Source: an uncultured virus (IMG/VR IMGVR_UViG_3300044233_005517)
Lineage: Duplodnaviria; Heunggongvirae; Uroviricota; Caudoviricetes
Virus record (IMG/VR): IMGVR_UViG_3300044233_005517
Strand: one strand, 5' to 3'
Length of the DNA: 64,000 bases
Shown: one piece after another, positions 52,139 through 59,687 of the stretch
How the letters are laid out: every line of letters begins with the position of its first letter
How positions within the stretch are numbered: the first letter of the stretch is position 1
Notes under the pieces: model-generated
Told to the model about the DNA's origin: nothing
The model's input: only the letters and a program-made list of their open reading frames with translations
Databases searched by the model: none
Position numbers and translations under genes: made by a program

Positions 52139-52999
52139 ATGATTAAAGATGCGGTAGCAAGATTTTCAGTGATTTTAACCATGCTGTTTGTATTCACAGC
52201 TTGTTCGTCCTGTGTTACCGTTTCGCATTTTTTTGGAGAGGGAAATCTCTTTAGAAATAAAAGAAGATCTTTTGTAAAAATAAACACACTTACCAAAATT
52301 GCAGTCATTAGAACTTCTTCTACGTCACCACAAAAAGTTATTGAAGACTATAGATTAGAGATGTCTTCAACTGCATCAGGTGTTATTGTGGGTCATTACA
52401 ATGATATATCACTTGTCGCTACAAGTGCTCACGTTTGTTCCATGAGGTTTGGAAAACAGATAAACTATTTTGTTCCAGGGTTTAATGAAAAAGATCCAAA
52501 CTGGCATTTCATGGAGCGTCCATTTTTTGTCTTAAAAGATTTAAACGGTAAATCATTTACAGGCGTGATTTTAAAGTTAGATTACGGATCAGATCTTTGT
52601 ATGATGGTAACTCGAAAGATATCAATGCCTGCGATACAAGTTTCAAAACATGAGCCAATGATCGGTGAAAAATATTACAATATTGCTGCTCCAAAAGGAA
52701 TATGGGGTCCAAAAGTTGTGCCACTTCTTGAGGGAAGATTCTTGGGTCATGTAAAATCTCCATTTACTGGAGAACACTCATATATGTTTAGCATTCCTGC
52801 ATCAGGTGGATCATCAGGGAGTCCGATTATTAATGCATATGGTCAGATGGTAGGGCTATTGCACTCCGCATATGGTAGCTTTGAGCACATAAGCATGTCA
52901 GCAACAAACAAACAACTTGAAAAACTTTTATCCAGCTCTTATATGAAACTAAAAAAACAATATAAGAACTATAAAGTTATACTCTCGCTCTATATTTAA
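52139..52999 (+). CDS. Trypsin-like serine protease with signal/lipoprotein N-terminus
   Basis: ASG...TSAHVC...DL...GGSSGSPI; hydrophobic leader followed by Cys. Confidence 0.85.
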   Translation: MIKDAVARFSVILTMLFVFTACSSCVTVSHFFGEGNLFRNKRRSFVKINTLTKIAVIRTSSTSPQKVIEDYRLEMSSTASGVIVGHYNDISLVATSAHVCSMRFGKQINYFVPGFNEKDPNWHFMERPFFVLKDLNGKSFTGVILKLDYGSDLCMMVTRKISMPAIQVSKHEPMIGEKYYNIAAPKGIWGPKVVPLLEGRFLGHVKSPFTGEHSYMFSIPASGGSSGSPIINAYGQMVGLLHSAYGSFEHISMSATNKQLEKLLSSSYMKLKKQYKNYKVILSLYI

Positions 53000-53005
53000 T
53001 GGTAG

Positions 53006-53593
53006 ATGAGCCAAAAACTTCTTTTCAAATTCAAGTATCTAAAATTAGAATTAGAAGAAACATCAGACTTGAGTGATAAATATAATTCTCAATTCAATGA
53101 AGACTTCCGCGAAGAGATAGAGTATCTAAATGAAATTAATTCCAAAAATAGCGAAAAAAAAGAAACTAATGATCAAAAGGCGACTGTTGATACGAACAAA
53201 AAAGATGATTCAAATATTCCACAAGATTTTAAAGAAATATACAAGATAATGGTGAGGTCGCTTCACCCCGACTTGAAGCCGGATAATCTAAAAGAAAAAT
53301 ATGAAGATTTGCTAAAGAGAGTGACAAACGCTTATGAAAACAAAGAGTGGCTTGAAATATTATCGATAGCAGATCAAGAGAACATTAATTTACCAGGAAA
53401 TTTAGAAAACTACAATAAAGAACTTGAAGATGACCTTGGAAAAATCGAAGAAGAAATTTCACACATTAAAAATAAACTGTCTTGGATTTGGGCTTCTAAT
53501 CTTAAGCCAAATAATAAAAATAAAAAAGAAGTGTATTCTCTTTTAAGAATTGACACTAAAAAATTTGAAGAATGGAAGAAAAATAAAAGTTAA
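53006..53593 (+). CDS. J-domain-like (HPD) protein
   Basis: KEIYKIMVRSLHPDL...KRVTNAYE, flanked by coiled coils. Confidence 0.7.
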   Translation: MSQKLLFKFKYLKLELEETSDLSDKYNSQFNEDFREEIEYLNEINSKNSEKKETNDQKATVDTNKKDDSNIPQDFKEIYKIMVRSLHPDLKPDNLKEKYEDLLKRVTNAYENKEWLEILSIADQENINLPGNLENYNKELEDDLGKIEEEISHIKNKLSWIWASNLKPNNKNKKEVYSLLRIDTKKFEEWKKNKS

Positions 53594-53799
53594 TAAACCA
53601 CGTGAACATCAACTTCATGACTTGAAGTACCTTCAAGATTTACAGGTGAAGTTTTTCCGTCTAATTTTTTAACTAATATAACGCCTTCATCATTTAAAGG
53701 CTCATTGATAAAATCAATAATTGTAGCAGGACCATCACAAGAAGTTTCTTTAGTCTTGCGATTAGTATAGAGTAAGAAAATTTTATCTCCAATATTCAT
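53590..53799 (-). CDS. Hypothetical protein
   Basis: 69 aa, preceded by a sigma70-like promoter. Confidence 0.55.
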   Translation of the reverse strand: MNIGDKIFLLYTNRKTKETSCDGPATIIDFINEPLNDEGVILVKKLDGKTSPVNLEGTSSHEVDVHVVY

Positions 53800-53805
53800 A
53801 ATAAC

Positions 53806-53834
53806 ACCCTATCATAAGTAGCAACAAAAATCAA
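53806..53834 (-). promoter_or_regulatory. sigma70-like promoter TTGATT-N17-TAGGGT (extended TG), 6 nt before ATG
   Basis: Read directly. Confidence 0.45.
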
Positions 53835-53851
53835 GTAGGTAATAAAAAAAA

Positions 53852-54089
53852 TGGAGGTGGTGGGAATCGAACCCACGTCCTAAATGCTTTAATAGTTTGC
53901 GATACACAAGGTTAGAGTGAGAATGGTACGGTTTTGAATTATAAGGATAACCGTAAACCCCACTTTAGCTATGCTGCTAAAGAAATTGCAACATTATCGT
54001 TTGCATTTATTATTTTAAGCCTTTTAGTGTCTGCTCATACACCCTTGCACAAATCTATCTCGACACCCAGTCGAATCCAGTTCACCCCC
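53852..54089 (-). ncRNA. ssrA: tmRNA, 238 nt; tag ORF 54004-53969 encodes (A)ANDNVAISLAA*
   Basis: 5' GGGGGTGAACTGGATTCGAC and 3' GACGTGGGTTCGATTCCCACCACCTCCA; 7-bp acceptor stem with G3-U; pk1; ATAAAT-GCA resume context; helix CTTTAGC/GCTAAAG around the stop. Confidence 0.96.
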
Positions 54090-54094
54090 AAACA

Positions 54095-54478
54095 TTATTT
54101 ATTGTTTTTTTCTTCCCAATCTTTTATAGCGGACTTAATAGCATCTTCAGCTAACACTGAACAATGAACCTTTACGGGTGGAAGTGATAATTCCTCTACG
54201 ATTTCTTTATTAGTAATTTTTTTTGCGTCTTCTACGCTTTTCATCTTGACCCATTCCGTGACCAAAGAGGAAGCTGCAATCGCAGAGCCGCAACCGAAAG
54301 TCTTGAACTTTACATCTTCAATCACTCCATCGTCATTTACTTTGATTTGCAAACGCATCACGTCGCCGCAAGCAGGAGCACCAACCAGTCCAGTGCCTAC
54401 GCTTTGATCATCCTTGTCGAGTGTTCCTACGTTTCTTGGGTTTTCGTAGTGATCAATTAATTTCTCATCGTATGCCAT
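54095..54478 (-). CDS. iscU: Fe-S cluster scaffold IscU
   Basis: DHYENPRNVG...GAPACGDVMRLQI...FKTFGCGSAIA.SS...LPPVKVHCSVLAEDAI. Confidence 0.96.
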   Translation of the reverse strand: MAYDEKLIDHYENPRNVGTLDKDDQSVGTGLVGAPACGDVMRLQIKVNDDGVIEDVKFKTFGCGSAIAASSLVTEWVKMKSVEDAKKITNKEIVEELSLPPVKVHCSVLAEDAIKSAIKDWEEKNNK

Positions 54479-54809
54479 GTTTTTTCCTAGGTAAATAGGG
54501 TCTTATATAGTAAGCGAAAATATGATAACCCAAATCAACAATCTGTTTAACAACTGGTAATCTTGTGAACCACACAACTCTCTTAAAGCCTATTGTTTCG
54601 TACATTTTTCTAAATGTTTCTGCTCCAATAGTTTCTTTGCCGTCAAACTCGCCAATCATTTCTACCATATAAGGATCAGGATTGTCAAAGTCTTTATCAG
54701 CAATATCGACAAATTCTATGCCGCATTTCTCACCTTTTTTTCTTAAGGCATTAATCTCTATGGAGCATACATAACAATCGCCATCATAATAAACTTTATC
54801 TTTTTTCAT
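54465..54809 (-). CDS. DUF393/DCC-family thiol-disulfide oxidoreductase
   Basis: VYYDGDCYVC motif; C-terminal P.....GY..FA..R. Confidence 0.85.
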   Translation of the reverse strand: MKKDKVYYDGDCYVCSIEINALRKKGEKCGIEFVDIADKDFDNPDPYMVEMIGEFDGKETIGAETFRKMYETIGFKRVVWFTRLPVVKQIVDLGYHIFAYYIRPYLPRKKHGIR

Positions 54810-55714
54810 AGTAAATCCTCTAATGCTTTATTTAACTTACTAAACTTCCACACAAAGTCAGCTTTATATAGAAGCTTTGGCTCTACTCTCTGACTATCAA
54901 GAAGAACACAAGCGGCTTCTCCAAAAATAATCTTTAAAACAAACCCAGGAACTGGAAACATTGTTGGTCTTTTTAGTACTTCTCCTAATTGCTTTGTGAA
55001 ATCTTTATTTGTCACTGGATTTGGAGCAACACAATTAACTGGACCATAAATATTATTATTAAACATTGCCGAAATAATAATTTCTACCATATCATCAATA
55101 TGAATCCAGGGCATCCATTGCCTACCGCTCCCTAAAATACCCCCAACCCCAAGTTTAAATGGGAGGAGCATTTTCTGGAGAGCACCACCATCTCCCAAAA
55201 CAATACCTGTGCGAAGATTAACAAACCTGGTGTCTACCAATTTTCCTGCATGATTTGGATAAGAAAACTTTTCCCATTGATTACATAAGTGAGATAGCCA
55301 TCCTGATGATTTACTTGACTTTTCTGTTAAAATTTCATTTCCACGATTACCATAATAACCAACAGCGGAAGCAGAAATAAAAACTTTTGGTCGCGTCTTG
55401 CATCCGTCCATCAACTTAACAAGTTTTCTGGTCAGGTCAATCCTGCTATTATAAATTTTCTTCTTATTCTTCCTTGTCCATCTTTTGATAATAGGTTCAC
55501 CAGCAAGATTGATAACCGCATCACATCTTTCTAATGTAGCGATAAGATGATTATCAAATGCTGTTGTTTGTAATAGTTGTGGCTTGGGACCTAAAGCTTT
55601 TCTTGCTTTTTCTATATTGCGAACATAGCAAACGACTTCATGTTCATCCGACAAGAGTCTTTTTACTAAATTGCTCCCTATAAACCCTGTTGCCCCTGTT
55701 AAAAATACTTTCAT
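54806..55714 (-). CDS. TIGR01777-family NAD-dependent epimerase (YfcH/SDR39U1-like)
   Basis: TGATGFIG...VINLAGEPI..RW...SASAVGYYG...GSGRQWMPWIH...N.VAPNPVTN..F; start set at ATG 55714, which has a GAGG SD. Confidence 0.92.
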   Translation of the reverse strand: MKVFLTGATGFIGSNLVKRLLSDEHEVVCYVRNIEKARKALGPKPQLLQTTAFDNHLIATLERCDAVINLAGEPIIKRWTRKNKKKIYNSRIDLTRKLVKLMDGCKTRPKVFISASAVGYYGNRGNEILTEKSSKSSGWLSHLCNQWEKFSYPNHAGKLVDTRFVNLRTGIVLGDGGALQKMLLPFKLGVGGILGSGRQWMPWIHIDDMVEIIISAMFNNNIYGPVNCVAPNPVTNKDFTKQLGEVLKRPTMFPVPGFVLKIIFGEAACVLLDSQRVEPKLLYKADFVWKFSKLNKALEDLL

Positions 55715-55730
55715 TTTATCCTCGTTTTTA

Positions 55731-55837
55731 ATAGCGAGATTGTTGTTTCTTCGCAACAACAACGCTAGGCTTTCATAAAAAAGGCACTCACTTTAAAGCC
55801 ATTGGTGAGCTTCGATTAACAAAGTGTATCTCGCTAT
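55731..55837 (-). ncRNA. Candidate structured RNA / 5' leader with pseudoknot (unknown family)
   Basis: Perfect 10-bp closing stem ATAGCGAGAT/ATCTCGCTAT, two internal hairpins and a 6-bp loop pseudoknot; begins at the predicted +1 of a consensus promoter. Confidence 0.55.
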
Positions 55838-55841
55838 GGAT

Positions 55842-55871
55842 ATTATAGATGATATTTTTAGGAATTGTCAA
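55842..55871 (-). promoter_or_regulatory. Consensus sigma70 promoter TTGACA-N18-TATAAT
   Basis: Perfect -35 and -10 hexamers, read directly. Confidence 0.8.
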
Positions 55872-56220
55872 TATTATTTTCGTAATATTGCTCTGTCTGA
55901 TATTTCTTAACCAATTCTATTAGTGTCTTTTCTTGAATTCCCAAAAACCTCGCAGCCTCTCGTTTTGAGCTTGTTGCAGAAAGAGCATATTTTAGAACAG
56001 CATCAGAAATAATATATTTAAGAGATTGCCAAACAGGGAAGCCATAGAACTTTCCCTTCATCAAGTCTCTTGTTGCGACCTCTAATTTTAGCCCAACAAC
56101 CTCTTCCAGTGAAAGATTAGAAAGGTACACTTCCAACTCTTCGTTTGATTTGCCTTCTTCTCTTAATTTTTTTGATAATGAATAACTTTTATTTTTACCG
56201 CTATTCTTTCTCTTCGTCAT
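55858..56220 (-). CDS. Fis-like helix-turn-helix protein
   Basis: YAL....SKREAARFLGIQEKTL..LVKKY. Confidence 0.7.
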   Translation of the reverse strand: MTKRKNSGKNKSYSLSKKLREEGKSNEELEVYLSNLSLEEVVGLKLEVATRDLMKGKFYGFPVWQSLKYIISDAVLKYALSATSSKREAARFLGIQEKTLIELVKKYQTEQYYENNIDNS

Positions 56221-56476
56221 TTGCTAATCCAAGAATACCATATCCGGCAATATCCTTAAACGGAGATTCACCAAAAGCATCTTTTTCATTAGCAATTCTA
56301 AAAAGCTTATCCACAATTCTTGTGATTGCTAACATGTTTTTATATTGGTGTGGTTCTATGCCGTTTGGATATAATACTTTTAGTATTTCTTCTGATTTTT
56401 TAAAAGAGCTGCCGTATGCTTTATTTTTTAAATCGACCAGTTTACCGATTTCTGTTCCAATTTTTTCAAAACTCAT
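56201..56476 (-). CDS. DUF1599 / nucleotide-modification-associated (MazG-fold-like) protein
   Basis: KNKAYGSSF...RI.DKL.RI...DIAGYGIL; start set at ATG 56476, which has a GAGG SD. Confidence 0.7.
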   Translation of the reverse strand: MSFEKIGTEIGKLVDLKNKAYGSSFKKSEEILKVLYPNGIEPHQYKNMLAITRIVDKLFRIANEKDAFGESPFKDIAGYGILGLANDEEKE

Positions 56477-56492
56477 CAAAACCTCTTTAGGG

Positions 56493-57353
56493 TTAAGTGT
56501 CAAAGTCGATGGTGCCTTCTCCTGAATCAAAAACTTCATCGCTAGCTGCTTCAGCATCTGCTTCATCTTTTTCTTTTTCGTACTCATCAGTTGTTGGCTC
56601 TACGACTTCAGTGCTTAACTCTGCTTCATATTTATCAAAATACATTTTAAGATTTGTGATTAAATAATCACGAAATGTTTTTCGATCTTTATCATCGCTT
56701 AATATAGCATAAGAGTCAACAATATTTTTCTCTATTTTGTCGTAGGTTTTAGCAGCCATATTTCTGCCAGTCTCTTCTTGACCTTCAAGACCAAATGCCT
56801 CTTCTTCATCTTCAGGAATTTTATCATCAGCATCAATATCAATAAACATATCTTCTGGAGAGGATTCTTCCTCGTCATCATCAATTTTAATATCGATTTC
56901 CTCAAGAGGCACTTCCATTTCTATTTCAGACCCAGCTTCATCATTAACATCTTCTGCTGCAAGAAGTTTAGAAACGGCATCTAATAGATTAGCTCTAAAA
57001 GATTCTCTTTGTTCTGTTGACGTAGTGAGGGTTTTATAATCAGTTTCAATCCCTGGTAGGATTTGCTTAAGTAATTCTTCCAAAAGATTAATAGCGGTGG
57101 AGGAGTGTGGTGCGTTCTCCACCTCTTTTTTTGCTTCCACTATTAAATGTCTAATCAGTTTTCGTAATTCTAAATTTTCATCAACACGACTCGTTTTTTT
57201 AATTGCTCTACGACAGATTTCTCTGACGATTGAACGAAGCTTTGCTTCATTTTTATCATCATCCTTTTCTCCAGTTACAACAACAGCACTACTTGCCATA
57301 GAAGAGATTTCATTTTGAATCATGTCCATTAAAAAATTTTTAGAATCACTCAT
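56493..57353 (-). CDS. Acidic hypothetical protein with two LR.(I/L)(I/V)R motifs
   Basis: 286 aa; KLRSIVREI and ELRKLIRHLIVE. Confidence 0.6.
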   Translation of the reverse strand: MSDSKNFLMDMIQNEISSMASSAVVVTGEKDDDKNEAKLRSIVREICRRAIKKTSRVDENLELRKLIRHLIVEAKKEVENAPHSSTAINLLEELLKQILPGIETDYKTLTTSTEQRESFRANLLDAVSKLLAAEDVNDEAGSEIEMEVPLEEIDIKIDDDEEESSPEDMFIDIDADDKIPEDEEEAFGLEGQEETGRNMAAKTYDKIEKNIVDSYAILSDDKDRKTFRDYLITNLKMYFDKYEAELSTEVVEPTTDEYEKEKDEADAEAASDEVFDSGEGTIDFDT

Positions 57354-57600
57354 TTTTATTTTCCTGCAAGAAATTTACTTCTTCTTCTAGTTTTTTTATT
57401 TGTTCATCCATGCGCCTTGTTATTCTGCGAAGTTCAGTTAACTGATGTTTCATTAAATCAATTCTTCTTCTATCTGCGACAGTTTTTGGACGCAATGAAT
57501 TTAAATTATCTTGAAGAGATTGAATCCACACTTGAAATGGTGGAGCTTTCCCTTCATTAATGAGAAAGTTTTTTGTTATTTTATTTAACAAATCTTTCAT
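57346..57600 (-). CDS. Hypothetical coiled-coil protein
   Basis: 84-aa ORF in operon context. Confidence 0.6.
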   Translation of the reverse strand: MKDLLNKITKNFLINEGKAPPFQVWIQSLQDNLNSLRPKTVADRRRIDLMKHQLTELRRITRRMDEQIKKLEEEVNFLQENKNE

Positions 57601-57603
57601 AAT

Positions 57604-57813
57604 TTATTCTTCTGTTGTTGTTTTTCTCGCCCAGCTTCTTCTGGTTCTTTTAGGTTTTTCTTCAACCTCTGACTCTTCAGCTGCTACAGCAACAGGTGCA
57701 GGAGCAGGTTCTGGTGTCGCTTCGACAACTGGTTTTGCTTCTACTTTTGGAGCCTCTTCTTTTTTCGCTGCTTCCATAGCAGCCAATTTCCTCATTCTTC
57801 TTTTCCGTGCCAT
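57604..57813 (-). CDS. Small low-complexity protein with basic ends and an Ala/Glu/Pro-rich core
   Basis: 69 aa; GAGG SD. Confidence 0.6.
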   Translation of the reverse strand: MARKRRMRKLAAMEAAKKEEAPKVEAKPVVEATPEPAPAPVAVAAEESEVEEKPKRTRRSWARKTTTEE

Positions 57814-57825
57814 TGTATTATACCT

Positions 57826-58668
57826 CTATTTGCACCATTTTTCAACAAGTTTAGCGTATGTTTGTTGTCTTGCATTTTCACGAATATCGCGACCTTTTGG
57901 AAGGAAAGACTCATTAAGATTTTCTTCGGAAACCTCTTCTTGGATCTCTTCAGATTCTTCAAGCTCTTCTGCTTTTTGTTCTTCGATGTTTTCTTCGACT
58001 TCTTCTTCAAGTGAAACTGCAACCCCATCTCCTGCTTCAGCACCAACAGATTCTGCGGCATTATCAGACATCATTTTATCTGTTGTAGTTTCTTCGTTGA
58101 TGTCCTCATCGAACATTTCTTGGATCACCCCACGAATAATATCGCGCAATTGTGACTCGTTTAATTTTTTAGACATTTTATTATCTCCTAGATTTTCATT
58201 ATAACCCATTTGTATTGTAGCAAATGGAGCACCACTAAATAAAGGCACAATACCCTTACTTTTCATTTCATCTTCCCAGTCACGAAAAATCATATTTCCA
58301 CATTCATATGCTTCACGTTCCATTTCACGAAGGTGAGCATCTGCTTGAGCATATCCCTCATTTGTGTTTGAAATATTATTAAATTCACCCCGACAGTTTT
58401 GGGCATGATGAACCAACTCGTGAGAAAAAGATCTCATCAAGTCTTTTGGATGGCGACCAACAAAATAAAGATTAACTTCCCTTGTTTCAGGGTTGTATGA
58501 GGCAGTTTTTCCTAAAGCATTTAAAGAATTTTGATCACTCTTCACAAAGTTGACCTTCACATCTTCATTGAACTTAAGTTGTTTTTTTGAAGTATTATAA
58601 AGGTTTTCCAACAACTCAAGGAATAAACTAAAATCTTTATTATTTGATTTTGGACCATTCATTAACAA
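57826..58668 (-). CDS. HExxH metallopeptidase-like domain plus acidic C-terminal domain (possible internal start at 58176)
   Basis: RSFSHELVHHAQ...MEREAY..GN; internal GGAG-N8-ATG. Confidence 0.65.
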   Translation of the reverse strand: MLMNGPKSNNKDFSLFLELLENLYNTSKKQLKFNEDVKVNFVKSDQNSLNALGKTASYNPETREVNLYFVGRHPKDLMRSFSHELVHHAQNCRGEFNNISNTNEGYAQADAHLREMEREAYECGNMIFRDWEDEMKSKGIVPLFSGAPFATIQMGYNENLGDNKMSKKLNESQLRDIIRGVIQEMFDEDINEETTTDKMMSDNAAESVGAEAGDGVAVSLEEEVEENIEEQKAEELEESEEIQEEVSEENLNESFLPKGRDIRENARQQTYAKLVEKWCK

Positions 58669-58695
58669 TAAATAGTCTCCTGGGACATTAAATGA

Positions 58696-58893
58696 TTATA
58701 ACTTAATGATTATCATATGTTCCTCTTCCGTTTCTTGGGATTGCGGTTCTCCATATGATGAACTTTGGGATGGATAGTATAAGGGCAATTCTAAACGAGG
58801 TCTTTTTCTTTCTTCTTCTTCACGTTGACGTTTTTCTTCCTCAATGATTATTTCAATCGGAATATTTTCCCAAGGTTTTTTTTCATCGCCCAT
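58696..58893 (-). CDS. Small acidic hypothetical protein
   Basis: ORF track 58696..58929; ATG 58893 avoids overlap with the upstream ORF. Confidence 0.5.
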   Translation of the reverse strand: MGDEKKPWENIPIEIIIEEEKRQREEEERKRPRLELPLYYPSQSSSYGEPQSQETEEEHMIIIKL

Positions 58894-58903
58894 AATGTAA
58901 CTA

Positions 58904-59176
58904 CTATTTCCTATTTCCTTTCGACTCAAGTTTTAACAAACCTAAATTTATTTCTTTTATTTCGCCATACGATGTTATAACTCTGGCTGTGTAAAAAACC
59001 CTATCATTAAAAAAAGTGCGGAGACTTACTTTTTCTATAATGGCGTATGTCTTCTCGCCAGTACCTAATTTTGTCCAGGATACAAGATCTCCCTCTTTAA
59101 ATCTTTTTTTTAATGAATATCCAATACCTTCATTATGGTTTTGCTGCCCACTCAATGTATGAGTAAATACACTCAT
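58904..59176 (-). CDS. Hypothetical SH3/KOW-like protein; start uncertain
   Basis: FKEGDLVSW...AIIEKV pattern. Confidence 0.45.
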   Translation of the reverse strand: MSVFTHTLSGQQNHNEGIGYSLKKRFKEGDLVSWTKLGTGEKTYAIIEKVSLRTFFNDRVFYTARVITSYGEIKEINLGLLKLESKGNRK

Positions 59177-59603
59177 TGGTTAACTTACGAAAGTTTTTAT
59201 CGTCAATATATAAATTTAATCTTTCGGCAAGTTTTCTACCACGCGCCCAAGCTTCTATTTCTTCAGTTAAAGTTTCAACACGATAATCTTTTGATTTTTC
59301 AATTCTTTTATTAGATGCAAATTCATTCATCTTTGATTGGGCAGGAAACTTTTCTTCATATTTAGAGCTGTTTTGATGGATTAAGAGATGACCGCATTCG
59401 TGGAGAAGAGAATATAATCTTTTTTCTATACTTTGCCTTTTAGAAATTGTGATATATTTTCCATGGAAAAAAATCTCATCGCGCACACAATAATCTTCAT
59501 CAACAGACCACCCTTTATTATCTAACCATACGCACAACAGTGCGAAACCATCAGTGAACATTTTTTGTTTAATTTTTTGCGTTTTTGTAAGTTTTTTTGC
59601 CAT
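59133..59603 (-). CDS. HExxH metallopeptidase-like protein (ImmA/IrrE-like)
   Basis: LLHECGH...EIEAW..G; GGAGG SD. Confidence 0.7.
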   Translation of the reverse strand: MAKKLTKTQKIKQKMFTDGFALLCVWLDNKGWSVDEDYCVRDEIFFHGKYITISKRQSIEKRLYSLLHECGHLLIHQNSSKYEEKFPAQSKMNEFASNKRIEKSKDYRVETLTEEIEAWARGRKLAERLNLYIDDKNFRKLTNECIYSYIEWAAKP

Positions 59604-59628
59604 AGTATACCTCCAACTTGGTAAAGAT

Positions 59629-59657
59629 ATTATAGCAAAATCAGGGGGTTATGTCAA
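59629..59657 (-). promoter_or_regulatory. Consensus sigma70 promoter TTGACA-N17-TATAAT (extended TG)
   Basis: Read directly. Confidence 0.85.
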
Positions 59658-59687
59658 GAGGGAAAAAAGTGTAGTTATTTTAAGGGG

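Noticed and set aside
53934..54167. Plus-strand 77-aa ORF
   Set aside because: Antisense to tmRNA and iscU; shadow ORF
55715..55762. TTG-initiated extension of the epimerase
   Set aside because: The Rossmann motif begins right after ATG 55714, which has an SD; the extension lies in the structured leader
55731..55837. Pistol ribozyme, hammerhead or Y RNA identity for the structured element
   Set aside because: The pseudoknot-AGCG-hairpin order recalls pistol, but the UAAAU linker and GU cleavage junction are missing. There is no CUGAUGA core, and the plus-strand TTCGATT has no T-stem
57560..58204. Long plus-strand ORF (also 22121..22561, 28565..28954, 46731..47114, 56145..56525, 61881..62273 and other short track ORFs)
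   Set aside because: Antisense or out-of-frame shadows of well-supported genes, with no recognisable motifs
59104..59135. Programmed -1 frameshift from a TAATG-coupled mini-ORF (MKVLDIH*) into 58904..59176 at an A8 run
   Set aside because: The stop codon is reached at the start of the A-run, no stimulatory structure is visible, and an in-frame ATG exists at 59176; not supportable without homologues
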